Below, one piece after another: positions 50,356-63,440 of a stretch of 64,000 nucleotides of DNA. The DNA is from Alloascoidea hylecoeti (taxonomy: Eukaryota). Where the stretch lies: positions 748,581-812,580 of the forward strand of contig BCKZ01000003.1 of assembly GCA_001600815.1 (NCBI GenBank), in the 5' to 3' direction. The stretch's first letter is position 1. Each line of letters starts with the position of its first letter. The notes beneath the pieces were generated by a model, which was not told where the DNA came from, ran no database searches, and saw only the letters and a list, made by a program, of their open reading frames with translations. Made by a program: the position numbers and the translations under genes.

Positions 50356-51808
50356 CTAATTAGCAATGGCATCCCTAGACAAGAAACAAATCGTTAATAA
50401 CATCTACTTTCAGATCAAAAAAATAATAATCACTTACTTTTCAATCGTTGCCATAACCTTAATAACAAATGCTTCTAAATGAAATATAGCTTTTGAGCCA
50501 AGACTTAATCGGTTATCCTATTAACATAATATCAAATGTTAATGTTTATACGTAAGATAGAAATGAATAATACTCAACTTACATATTCAGCAGCAAGACT
50601 TATGATTTCTAGCTTTAAATCTCCTTGGACTCTATTGATAAGTTCAAATGCTAAAGTTTTCAGGATTGTCCTTGGTGGGATACAATGAGAGATGAGTTCG
50701 TAAAGAGTGCTTCGAGATTGTGCAATTCTAAGACAGTTTTTTAATGTTAGAATATATTTGGGAGAAGGAAAAATATTTAGAAAGACATACCTGCTCACAG
50801 TTCTTTCAGCTTTGATACTCTGTGCTAGCATAGAAATAACTTCTTCCCAATCTGGCTTTGGGACAGGTGTGGAACCATTTAATGTATCACTTATCAATGT
50901 TTTATCGTTAATTATCTTGTCTTCATATATTATCAGTATTATGACTTACCTTTGCATTACAACTGCTTCAAAAAGCAAATATGCTTTTCTTAAATTTCTC
51001 CCACTAATTCCAACAATTTTATCTAATAATTCTTGACCATCAATACTTTCTGAATTTAATGGAATTTGTTCTGAATTTATTAACTTTATTAATATATCTT
51101 TAATTTCTTTTTTTTCAGGTGCTGGAATTCTAATTAATAAAGTTCTACTTTTAATTGGTGCAATAATATTTGAAGTTGTATTTGAAATTAAAATTAATCG
51201 AATATTACTTGAATATTTTTCCATTGTTCTTCTTAAAGCAGCTTGAGCATCTCTTGATAATTGATCTGCTTCATTAATTATAACAACTTTAAAACGATGT
51301 GATCCCGATGTTGCAAAATCAACTGATTCTGTTTGTGCAACTTCTTTTAATAAATCTTGAATTACAACACGATCATTATTACCCATATCTGATGGTGTAA
51401 TTTCAAGATGATATGCTGATGAAACAATATTAAATTCAAGTTTTCTATTTGTTGGTGTAACGAAATTTCTAACATCAATTTTCATCTAAAATATTAGAAG
51501 AATAAGTTAGTTAGTTATTAAGATATAGATATGATTTGTAATTAATCACTTACTTTTTCAACACCAGGTCCAAAAAGTTCATGAAGAGTTGCAAGAATTC
51601 GCGTTTTCTTACCAGCTCCAGAAGGACCATACACTAAAAGATGTGGGAAATCACTTGATGATGCCTAAATTAAATTATTAGAACAACTGATGAAACTTTC
51701 GTATGTTTGAAAAACACTTACCAAAGCTTTTAATCTTGCAGAGACACCATGATGATAATCAAGTGCATCTAATGTTTTAGGACGATATTTATCAACATAT
51801 AAAGACAT
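50356..51808 (-). CDS. RFC5: Replication factor C subunit 5; exons 51808-51722, 51664-51554, 51485-50950, 50889-50791, 50727-50583, 50517-50438, 50374-50356 (358 aa)
   Basis: Motifs [68 protein letters not shown]. Six GT-AG introns all keep the frame; the last exon is the least certain. Confidence 0.95.
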
Positions 51809-51881
51809 TTTTGATTAATTGGTTAATAGTCTTAAATTTTTATTGTGAAATATATATGTAAAAGACCTTGAAATTTTGAAA

Positions 51882-51904
51882 TTTCGCGATTTGTTGTTTC
51901 GCGT
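51882..51904 (-). promoter_or_regulatory. Paired SCB/MCB-like elements (CGCGAAA, ACGCGAAA) upstream of RFC5
   Basis: TTTCGCG at 51882 and 51897, 75-95 bp upstream of the ATG of a replication gene. Confidence 0.5.
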
Positions 51905-54262
51905 TTTGTTATTCTGTCTCTGTGAGTATGGATGTATCGATTCGAAATCGAAAAATCATTTTTATTTTCATTTACAAAATATAAATCTACGTATATATAT
52001 GGATAGATATTTGATTTTATAGTTAGGCAAGCTGATGAGTTGATGTCTAAAAATTGACTCCAGCTAAAGCTATAACTTCTCGTGGTATAAGAGTCTTACG
52101 GTGATTCGGACTAGTTTCGGTAAAATCAAAATATTTAGTTCATCTAGAGGTCGACAACAACAAACCCTAACCATCGATGCACTACTAAGTAAATAGTTGG
52201 CATAAGGTTTTTGAATGTTCGGCAGATTTTGTTATCAGTATGTTATCAGTATGTTTATCATGTTGATAAAATATATGTGCAAGGCCATTGGAAATAACAT
52301 TCACGTTCTACAGTTTTATATATAATTGAGTAAATAACACAACTATTAGGTATGGACTTTTTCATTGTGTTCCAGGTTTTCCATTATACTAGTTCTGCAA
52401 GCTAAATTTCATTCTCTACCATTGATCATGAAGAGTTGTAACTATGAATATTTCTTTTTGACTCATATCATATCAAAGGATTGACTTATAATTACACCTG
52501 TAATCAAAGTGATATATTATTTGAAGGCATGAATTTCAAATGATATTATAAACAATTAAAGTCAGCACATGGCTGAAACTAAGTGGAATGAATGACTGTA
52601 ATGGAATATCCACGGCCGTCTAAATGCATAATTAGCTATATTATGGTTATAGTTAAGATCTTGAGTAGAAATATTCGTACATTAATAGTTAGTCAAAGCC
52701 ATTCAGTTAACTATTTTGGGAGGAGAAATATATAATAGCCTGTTGGATTTGCATTAATATTGTTTGTACGATGAGAAAGCCATAATCATTAAATTTTAAT
52801 TAAAAACCTTCCAGAAAGAAGATTTATACATCTTAATTTGATCATGAACTTATTTATAAAAAAACTGTATTGTATATATTTTTACCATACAATGTATTTG
52901 GTATCATTTTAATCATAAATTGATCATGATTTACAATATATTGTCTGACTTTCCTATCTAGCTATTATAACTATTAATGTTACTAGGGTCTTACTTAATA
53001 AGTTTAAATCTTAAATGTATAAATGAAAATTATCATGATCATGATCAATTTAGGAATGATTTATGAAACAATGGTAAGTTAAAGTCGATCATCATGTCCA
53101 TCAAAAAAAGTTTATTTTGTTTTTGTGTATCATTATTAGCTAAATTATATAATATTAATTATTGATACAATTGCAATTGCAAATTGCAATGTTACGATAT
53201 TGAATTTAAAACTAACATAGTAAATTATAATATAGTTTTTCTCTTCTTTCAAAAACTGAAAACTAAGTAAAAGCTGATATCGCTGATTAAAAAAATGAGA
53301 TAAGATATCAATAAGTATTCGAATCAACTTCAATAAATAAATACAAACACATAAATAAATGATTGAAAGGTTTCTTCTTTTATAATAATGTGTATGATAA
53401 TAATAATAATAATTAATAAACTAAAATAATCTAAAAGATTCCTTTAAAACATAAATTAAATATCAAAGATTAGATATATCTAAATAAAAATAAATAGAAT
53501 GAATTGATTCAATTTATCTTTCTTTTTTTAATTAATTGTTAGTTTAAAAGCTTGTCATTTTTAATAATAATTAGCTAATTTTAGTGTATGAAAATAGTGT
53601 TGGTTGATTCATTCATTCGATTATCAATTATCAATTCAATTTAATTTAATTCAGTTTAATTCAATTCAATAGCAATGAAACAAATGTTAATATTAGTAAG
53701 TGAAAATGGTTGGTTAATAATGAAAATGGAATGATATGTGAAGATTTGTTCGAAAAAAAAAAGTAATGATCAATTAATCAAATGTTAATGATTCAAATCA
53801 ATATATAAAAAAAGAAATATGACTTGAAATGAAGTTAAATGAAAACAATTTAGGTTATAAAGGGATAAATGCCAAAAGATTAAAACATAAACAGGTGTGG
53901 TATATAACAATCATCAACAATCAACTTTGATAGAAAAAGGACAGACAGATATACAAATCTTAACAGGTAACTAACATAATTCAAAAGGGAGAGTAAAAAA
54001 GATAACAGATTAAGATTAAAATTATCAAACAAAAAAAATAAAAAATTAAAAAAAAATTAAAAAAACAATTAAATGATAAAATGATAAAACGATAAAATGA
54101 TAACAAATTATAAGCAAAATTAATCTAATATTTTTTTTGTTTTTATTTTTTCTTTTGTATTTCATTCTTAAATAAATAACACCAATTATCCCACAACATT
54201 ACTATTATTCTTTTTCAATCAATCTTTTCTACCTACTCCAAAAATCATAACTATTATATTAA

Positions 54263-54373
54263 TTTGTTTGTTTGTTTTGTTTTGTTTGTTTGTTTGTTTT
54301 GTTTGTTTGTTTGTTTGTTTGTTTGTTTGTTTGTTTGCTTGTTTGTTTGTTTGTTTGTTTGTTTGCTTGTTTG
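54263..54373 (+). repeat. (TTTG)n microsatellite
   Basis: About 110 bp of near-perfect GTTT units. Confidence 0.95.
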
Positions 54374-54567
54374 CACTTGTATGTTTTTTTGTATATCAAC
54401 TTCGAATTCTTTTATAAAAAATATAATTTAAATAAAAACAAAATATTCCCTTTTCTTTTCTTTTCTTTTCTTTTTCTCAACATTTTTAAACTTTCTTGTA
54501 ACTTTTCAATTATTTTAAAAAAACAAATCAAATGCGTAAATTAAACCTAAAACCAAAAGAAATTAAC

Positions 54568-54612
54568 AAGAAAAGAAAAGAAAAGAAAAGAAAAGAAAAG
54601 AAAGGAAAAGAA
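54568..54612 (+). repeat. (AAAAG)n microsatellite
   Basis: Visible directly. Confidence 0.9.
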
Positions 54613-54742
54613 TTCCAAAAAGGTCAAAATACAATTTAATAACATCATCCATCTGCTTCTTTTCAATTTTAGGTTTTTGTATAATTATATATATTGTTTG
54701 TTCTAAGTTTAAAATTTGAAATCAAAAAGGATATAGAATAAA

Positions 54743-54854
54743 TCAAACTTTTGAATTTCTTCTTTTGAAAAACCCCATTACTCTTTTAGAAGCACTTGGG
54801 TCCTTTTCTTTATCAACCCTAACATCATAAGAATAATCTTGTTGCTGTTGTTGC

Positions 54855-54896
<42 letters not shown>

Positions 54897-56846
54897 GGAA
54901 CAAATGAAGAAGGTGCTTGTTTCTTCATACCTAAAAATGAATATCTATTATGTCCATGATGTCCACTATTACTATTATTATGTGATGAAGATTCATTATT
55001 ATATAAAGAACCATGTTTATTTGATGAATTTCTATTATGTATAGTTGGAATTGAGGTTTGTGATGTTGATTTATTTGATTGATAATCAGTATTTGAAGGT
55101 ATTGGTAATTTTGTAACATATTTTGGATCATTTTCTTCAACAACATTATTTGAAGAATTTATACCTAAGAAACTATATCTTTTTTTATCTCTTACTGAAT
55201 GAGGTGTATGGGAATGAACTGCACTAACAGATGCTCTTTTACTTCTTGTTGATGATATTACATCAGAAACAGCAGAAACAGCAGAAACATTTACATTATT
55301 AGAATTACGTTTTGATGATGATGAATTATCATAAGATTCTTCACGTATTGTTTTTGGAGCAACAGGTGAAGTATTTGTAATTCTTTTTGTAAAATCAACA
55401 CTTTGATGAGAATATTCATTATTATTTGTTGGATTTGAATTTTGTAAAGATTGAATTTGTTCTTGATAAGAAGTTGAGTGATAATAATTTGGTTGCATTG
55501 AAGTTGGTCTTGCCTTTCTAGTAGGTCCTGGCCGCCTTAATGGCACTGCATTTGAGACATTTTGAATTGAACTTGAATTAGAATTAGTATTAGAATCTAA
55601 TGAATAATTGGCCATACCAGCTCTTATTGAACCAGTTGGAGAAGATAATTCTTCAGCAGATGGTAATCTTGGTGATAAAACAGGGCTTGGGATTTTCTTG
55701 CCAGTTATACCATTTGAAGTTGAAGATGAAGAAGGAGAAGAAGTTTGTAAATTAACAGTAGCGCTTCGGGTAATATTAGTACTTGTGTGTTTATTTCTTC
55801 TTGTTTGAGCATTATTATTCATCATTGAATTATTATTATTTGTAGTTGTTGGAATAATCATTGATTGGGCACGTGGAGGAGGAGAAGAAGTTGAAGTTGA
55901 AGCAGAATTTGATTGATTTGCCGAATCAGAAGCATTTTTCTTATACCTTGCATCCCATTCTGAAGGATGAATAGATAAAAATTTCGAATGTGGAGCTAAC
56001 CAAGGATGAGCGAAAATATCCTTCATTTTGACTCTTTCTTTGGGATTTGGAACAATAATCTTACGTAATAAATCTCTTGGTAAAGCAGAAATATATTCAG
56101 GAAAAGTTAAAGGAGTTGTTGTAATATATTTATAAAGTTGAGTAATGTTATCACCATCGGGATTTAAAGGATCATCATCATAAGGTAGGTAACCAGCTAA
56201 CATTGCGTATAATATGATTCCACAACTCCAAATGTCTACTTTTCTACCAGCATATTTCTGATTTGATATGACTAGTTCAGGAGCAGCATAACATGGAGAA
56301 CCACAAGAAGTTGACATTAATTCCGAATAATTATTATCATGAGTTCTTGTAAATTGATTTGCAAAACCAAAATCAGTAATTAAGATATTTTTATGTTTGT
56401 CTAATAAAAGATTTTCCAGTTTCAGATCTCTATGGACTATACCTTTTGAATGCATATAATGAACAGCACTGATCAGTTGGGCGAAAAGTTTACAGGCAAC
56501 GGGTTCTTTAAGGCATTTGTGGTTAAGGATATGGTCGAAAAGTTCACCTCCTGAGGCGTATTGAATGACTATTCCAATGTACTTGTCATTTTGTAAAACT
56601 TCGTGTAATCTGACGATATTTGGATGGGACAGGCGTTTTAAGGCCGATATCTCTCTATGAACTTTTGTTTCGCGAGAAGAACCTTGAGGAACAGAATCTC
56701 TTCTGATAAGCTTGATTGCAACGTGCTCGGGAGCCGGCTGGGATCTCTGCCATGCCAGCTTTACTTTTCCAAACTCGCCCTCGCCGAGAGTGGAGCCGAT
56801 TGTGTAGTGGCCAAAACGGACTTCCCTTGAAGGAGTTGGGTTTTGT

Positions 56847-56881
<35 letters not shown>

Positions 56882-56929
56882 GTTGATAGGCAGTTGCTGT
56901 GTGAGGTTCGATATTCCAACAACACTCAT
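54743..56929 (-). CDS. KIN4: Kin4/Frk1-like Ser/Thr kinase with poly-Q tracts
   Basis: Motifs FGHYTIGSTLGEGEFGKVKL, HRDLKLEN, DFGFAN, TSCGSPCYAAPEL, YLPYDDDPLNPDGDNI..LY.YI, C-terminal KRVMGFFKRR. Start taken at the first ATG (56929). Confidence 0.85.
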
Positions 56930-59900
56930 TTGAACGAAATGTGAAAAGTAAAAGAATGAAAGGAAAAACACAAAAGAAAAGTAAGAAAAAAGAAGTTGGA
57001 AATAAATATTAAAAATATCAGAAGTGCGAATATTATTTATTTTGAATATCAATTATTATTAAATAAATATATTTTTATTTTTGAATATTTTATTTTTTAT
57101 TTTATTTATTTTATTTTATTGGTGAAAAAAATAAAAATAAAAAAGGCGATTTTGTGATCCAAAAAGAACAACGTCAATAATAATATTCCTCCGTTTTCGG
57201 CCACATCCACGCTCGTTTCTGCTGCTTGCATATCCATCTGCTTTTAACCGATGGATATCCGCTTACTGCTTTTACTGCTCAGTTGCAAGCAGGTTCGTGG
57301 ACTTGGCCATAATTATACACCTTTAACTACCAGCCCCATATACAATCCATATCGATACATCTTGGAGATCGGCTGAACACATAGATAGAACACATACCAA
57401 CTACTAACCCAATTGCAACATTTAGGATGTCGCAATATAGCAATTAAGATTATAACAGTATAACAATAATATTACAAAGGTTCGTTATTTTCTCATATAA
57501 GGGGTAATAATTTCAAAATTTAAAGTAAAGGTTTCATAATATAATGAATGGTGCTACGGCTACCAAGAAATATTAAAGAAGCATCTATAAATTATACTTA
57601 CGGAATTTGTTTTATAACCTTTTCTAGTTATAAAATGATTCCATTTAACATGGAAAAGATAATAGTAAAATTAAATTAAAGGATATTAGTGGAAAAGAAT
57701 AAATATATTGAAAAGAATAATTGAAAAATGATCATGAATATTAATAATATCGTTAATGCTATAGTTACGATACCTATTAATTCCCCACGGTTCCAAAAAA
57801 GTCTATTTATTTTCTGTTTAAAGTCCCTACGATGACGACGATGATTACAATGTTAGATAGGTTTAGAAAATATTTGAGACATTACACATCTTTAATCCCA
57901 GATATATTTTTATCTTATACTTAATAAATCAATAAGAGTTATTACATCATTGATATCGATATTGTTCGACTCTCAAGCTTTCATTATCCATAATATTCAT
58001 ATAAAACAGTAGAACTACCAAGTTTAAACTAAATAATTGCACAATTTCAACAGATAATAAACTTACCTCTTTTTAAATTTATGATTATGATTTATAATTT
58101 ATAATTTACAATTAAATTAATATCTATTAAAATCTATCCTATGTGAACCTGTAATTATGTAAACCAATTGCAATTTTAAATTTAAGATATCACGGCAACG
58201 TTTACGGAAGTAGTAACTTATCAGGTAACTTAAGAAAATTTATGTCAAAGTATTTTCAAAGATTATATGATATACCATATTATAAGCAAGTAGTGATATA
58301 ATTAAAAAAAGAGCAAAAGGGAAATGATCATGACCAGTTATATACCTGACAACATATTGAGGATGAATAATGATAAGTTAGAATTATAGAAAAGGAGAAG
58401 AATATCCCAATTACAATAATATTTATTAAAAAATTAAACGCTAAACCTTAAAATGCCATAATCCCAATTCAAACAATTCTTCCACAATTATAAAACGTTT
58501 TGTAATAATAATGCACAGAACTTTTAAATTCGAAAATAATATGAATTTATTGAATAAAATAATAAGTAATTACTTGCTTTTTAACTGAACTCAGTTAAAA
58601 AATTGATCAATTGAAACAGTTTTCATGATAATTATTGAATTTTCAACGCTGGCTGTGCTTTTTAAGATAATTTATTATATATTCGTGTACTCGGGTGGGT
58701 GTAAGAACTAAGAAGTCTCGGGTGTGTCACCAGCAACCTAGCCTCCTTGATAATACCGCCCAAACCCAGCACTTTTATCAAAAAGTATATGATCTTTTTT
58801 AGTATCAACTACAATCGTAATCGCAATCTCAAAGATTATAAGCCATAATTAAAAATACAGATTTAAGCGATGACATTAATACATTTCGTTTGTCCATTTT
58901 CCACTCTCCACCTCAATTGTAATTGACACACGGCCCAACGTTTCATGATTGATGTTCATGATCATTACTTATTACAAATTTTTAAAAAATCATCAAGCCC
59001 AGGTCATATTAATATTTATAAATTTTTATTTCAAAAGTTTTCAAAAATTACACACATTACTATTTAAGTAGAAATATTATAATTACATACTCACATATAC
59101 CATACGCGTTAAATTATAATAGCTATTATAATAGCTAAACTGTATGTGCCGTGGCGATGATATCTCTTTTAAAGGCGTGAAAAAAGAACCCTTTACTGTT
59201 AGACTTGCGACGGCGTCGTCTCTTGTTGCAATAAATTGTTAAAGCCAAGTAACCTTATATTTCTTACATTTGATAAACGAAGCTCTATGCAAATATTAAT
59301 TGGAGTGTCCTATAGGTAATTAATATTTAATGCACATAATTTGGTGTATACAAATAAGTTAAAAAAGGATCTTCATAGGTTTTTTTCAATTGCAATTGGA
59401 ATATCATAAACCACATATCAATGTAAATGACAAATTGACAATTAATTATTATTATTCAAGACAATTCAATTTAGATGACTTTTTATCACCAAAGATCTTC
59501 AATCTTGGATCTCGATCCAACAAGAACAAAAAATCAAAAACAAAATCTAAAAATCACCTTATCGTTATAGTAAGTTCAAAACGCTCACCACAAATTTATC
59601 CGAGGCAGGAAGATAACTTCCCAATTTAGGAAGGTACTTGGAAGGTCATCGCTTTCTAATCGTGCAATCGTTCAATCATACGGTCACATTGTTTTACACG
59701 CTTAACGTATAACAGTTTCAACTTTCATTTCCAAATTTGAAATACAAAAATATCAATTATATATATATTTCTTTGGAATCTCAGCTGTAAATTGTTATTT
59801 ACCATGTATGCATAACTATTTTATTTTAGAACTTTTAGAACTATATTAATCAAAAATATTTCTATTTTCTTTATTTTTCAAACCTGAATATATAAAACTT

Positions 59901-60473
59901 AACTTCTTCTAAAAAAAGGTAATAATTGATGCCGTATCCGTTAACTGATATAAAAGATAGTTAAATGCATTGAACTTCATGACTTAATGCGGGGTCTTGC
60001 GGTGAAGCTAGTACATCGATATCCGGATCCATCTCACTGAAATTTATAAGATAGTTCATAAAAAGTCCAAGTTATAGCTATAATAAGAATGAACGTTAAC
60101 ATTCCACGTACCATATTAATTGTAAAAAAAATTGTACTACTTTGAAACTTCCATGTTTTAAGAACACTCCGCCACAAAAGCATGGTAATCATTAAATCAT
60201 AAATCATACATTACACATTTACGCAGTAGTACACAAATTAAATTGTAGCTAGCAAGATTGGAAACTGTTAGAAATGCATTTATGAATCATGAATATCTGA
60301 TATGCAGTTAATCCGCTTAATTTCGGCCATAATGATAATTATCTTATCAACACGTGGGTGGGCGATTATTTAGTTTAAAATAAGTGGTAGTTATAACTAT
60401 TTACATATATTTTGATAGGAATATTTAGAATGTTTATGGTATAAATATTAGAATAGAATATTGAAAAGTTGAA

Positions 60474-62128
60474 TTACTTTCCAATACAAAAGTTACCAAA
60501 CACAACTCCTAAAATTTCTTCAACACCAATACTTTCACCAGTTATTTTACCAATTCCATCAGCAGCAAATCTTAATTCTTCAGTAGCGAATATAACATCT
60601 TGATTTTCATCTTTAGTAAATTCAATAAATTTATTTAATCCATTTAAAACATCATTTTCTAATATATCTTGAACTCTTTGAGATACTCCAATTGGTTCTT
60701 CTTCATCAATTTGTGTAATATCTTTAAAAATTGTTTTTAATCCAAATGTTAAATTTGAAATTCCTTCTTTAGTTTTACAAGAAATTTTAAAAAAATGATT
60801 TTTTGGTATATTTATCATCATATTTGAATAAATTGAAATTCGATCATTTATTAATTTTAATGGTATATCATCACATTTATTTAAAGCAATTAAAACTTTT
60901 TTATCATTATTATTTGTTAAATCATTTATTTGATTAATTAATTCAGGATCCATTTTTAAATTTGATATATCTTCATTTATTGGTAATACAAAAAGTATTA
61001 CATCACCATCACCTGCTTTCACTTTTGCTCTTCTTATACCTTCTGCTTCAATTTTATCAATTTTTGAAACTGATCGAATTCCTGCTGTATCTCCAATAAT
61101 TACTTTATAACCATCAATATCAACTGGAATATCAATTGTATCTCGTGTTGTACCTGCAATATCACTAACAATTACAGCATCTCTATTAACAATACTATTA
61201 AGTAGCGAAGATTTACCAGCATTTGGAGGTCCCAAAAGTATCAATTTAATCCCATTATGAATTAATTCTGATTTTGAAACTTGCTTTAAATGTTTATTTA
61301 TTTCATCTTGTAACATTGAAATATTTTTAGAAACTTTTAAAAATAATTGATTTGTTGAATCAATATCTGAATCATCAGCAAAATCAATTAAAGCAGTTAA
61401 TAATGCCATATTATTTAAAATTTGATTTCTCCATTTATCATATAATAATTTATTTTTACCTGTTGCATTTGAAATTGCTGCTTTTCTTTGAGTTTCTGTT
61501 TCAGCATTAATCATTTCTTTTATACCTTCAGCTTCCGTTAAATCAAATCTTCCATTTATAAATGCTCTTCTTGAAAATTCTCCCTTTTCAGCATACCGTA
61601 TTGGAGTTTCTGATGAGTTTAATTTTTTTATTGAATCAAGAACTGCTCTAATTATAGCTGATCCACCATGTAGATGAAATTCTAAAATATCTTCACCGGT
61701 ATAAGATTTTGGTGCTTTGAAATATATGGCAATTGAATTATCTAATACTTGTGTTTTCTCTTTATCTTGGTATAATTTTGATAGTATTACTGTTCGTGGT
61801 TTAGGTATATTTTTACCTGTTAATGATTCATAAATCTATAATTTAGAATTTAGTTAGCACAAAACCAATAATGATTAAAAAAATCATAATTTTTGGATTA
61901 GATATATTTCTTACTTACATGTTTACAATCATAACCAGAAACACGAACAATAGCAATTGCTGCTTTACCAGTATGTGTTGAAAGTGCATATATCGTAGGT
62001 AATGAACTTGTAATTGGTTTATTATTTGAAATATATGCTAAACCTCTACTTATATTTTTATAATTATAATTAAATTTATTATTATTAAATCTAATTATAT
62101 ATTGATGATTTCTTATAAATTTTAACAT
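60474..62128 (-). CDS. MSS1: Mitochondrial tRNA-modification GTPase (MnmE/GTPBP3); exons 62128-61919 and 61835-60474 (523 aa)
   Basis: Motifs TIYALST..AAIAIVRVSG, SYTGEDILEFHLHGG, GPPNAGKSSL, GTTRD, DTAG, NKCD, FCIGK. 83-nt GTAAGT..GCTAAC..ATAG intron. Confidence 0.95.
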
Positions 62129-62261
62129 TTCCGAATGGTTAAGTTAATGTTTTTTGGTATCATTGATTAATATTTGTGATGATGGTGGTGGGTGAGTTTG
62201 AAAAGTTTTGTACCGCACATACACACACAAAATTTAACCTCTTTTAATAAAATTAACTATT

Positions 62262-63440
62262 ATGACCATACCATCATCAACATCATTACAATTGTATATC
62301 AAAAGGGCAACAATATCAATATCTAGGTAAATTAAAATGAAACTGTTATAAAATTATATGAAATATCTCAAAAATTAATATAACAATAGGTGTAGAAAAT
62401 GTTTTTCAACTACAACTTTTAAATTTCATGAGAATCCATTGGTGAGTTTGAGTTTTATATCATCTAACTGACTTACCACCATTTAATTAATCATTTAACT
62501 CTTTGTCTTATATTAGGGTCTTCCTAAAGTCAAATCCAATTTGAATAGTTCTTCATCACAATCACCGTCTATTCCACGGATGCAAAGAGGTTTACCAATA
62601 AAGCAAAGAATTCCTGGAGTTGATAAAGTTATTCTTGTATCCTCGGGAAAGGGAGGTGTTGGTAAATCTACAGTATCAGGTAAGAATTTACAGTTTATAC
62701 AAATGATATTGATATTGATATTGATATTAATGATGATTTTTTTAGTGAATCTTGCATTGGCTCTTCAAGCGCAAAATAAAAAAGTAGGTATATTAGATGC
62801 TGATTTATTTGGTCCTTCAATACCAAAACTTTTAAACTTATCAGGAGAACCACGAATCAACCAAGAAAATGGTAAATTAATCCCTCTTATAAACTACGGC
62901 TTAAAATCAATGTCTATGGGTTATTTAGTATCTCCTGATGATGCTATAGTTTGGAGAGGTTTAATGGTAATGAAAGCCCTTCAACAATTAATATTTGAAA
63001 TTCAATGGGATAAATTAGATATTTTAGTAATTGATATGCCTCCAGGAACTGGTGATACACAATTAACAATTAGTCAACAATTAATTATTGATGGAGCAAT
63101 TATTGTATCAACACCACAAGATATTGCATTAATTGATGCAATAAAAGGAATTACAATGTATAATAAAGTTAAAATTCCAATTTTAGGAATTGTTCAAAAT
63201 ATGAGTTATTTTATATGTCCAAATTGTTTAAGTGAAAGTCATATTTTTGGTAATGATTTTGGAATTATTAAACAATGTGAAAAAAGAAATATTGAATTAT
63301 TAGAATCAATTCCTTTAAATTCAGAAATTTGTGAATATTCTGATTTAGGTAAACCAATTGTTGTTGTAAAACCAAAATCTTTAATTACTAAACCATATTT
63401 CGATTTGGCAATTAAAGTCATTTCTAAATTATATAAATAA
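62262..63440 (+). CDS. IND1: Mitochondrial P-loop Fe-S assembly factor Ind1/NUBPL; exons 62262-62326, 62390-62441, 62517-62679, 62746-63440 (324 aa)
   Basis: Spliced N-terminus MTIPSSTSLQLYIKRATISISRCRKCFSTTTFKFHENPLGLP. Motifs SGKGGVGKST, DADLFGPS, WRGLMV, DMPPGTGD, ICPNC. No Nbp35-type N-terminal Cys cluster. Confidence 0.9.

Noticed and set aside
54272..54544. FVCL-repeat ORF
   Set aside because: Product of the (TTTG)n microsatellite.
56417..56425. Alternative CUG genetic code
   Set aside because: CTG encodes both conserved leucines of HRDLKLEN, which supports standard CUG=Leu.
56930..57052. N-terminal extension of the KIN4 ORF (similar extensions on NOP13 and the lipid kinase)
   Set aside because: Low-complexity leader or promoter sequence; downstream ATGs give family-typical starts.
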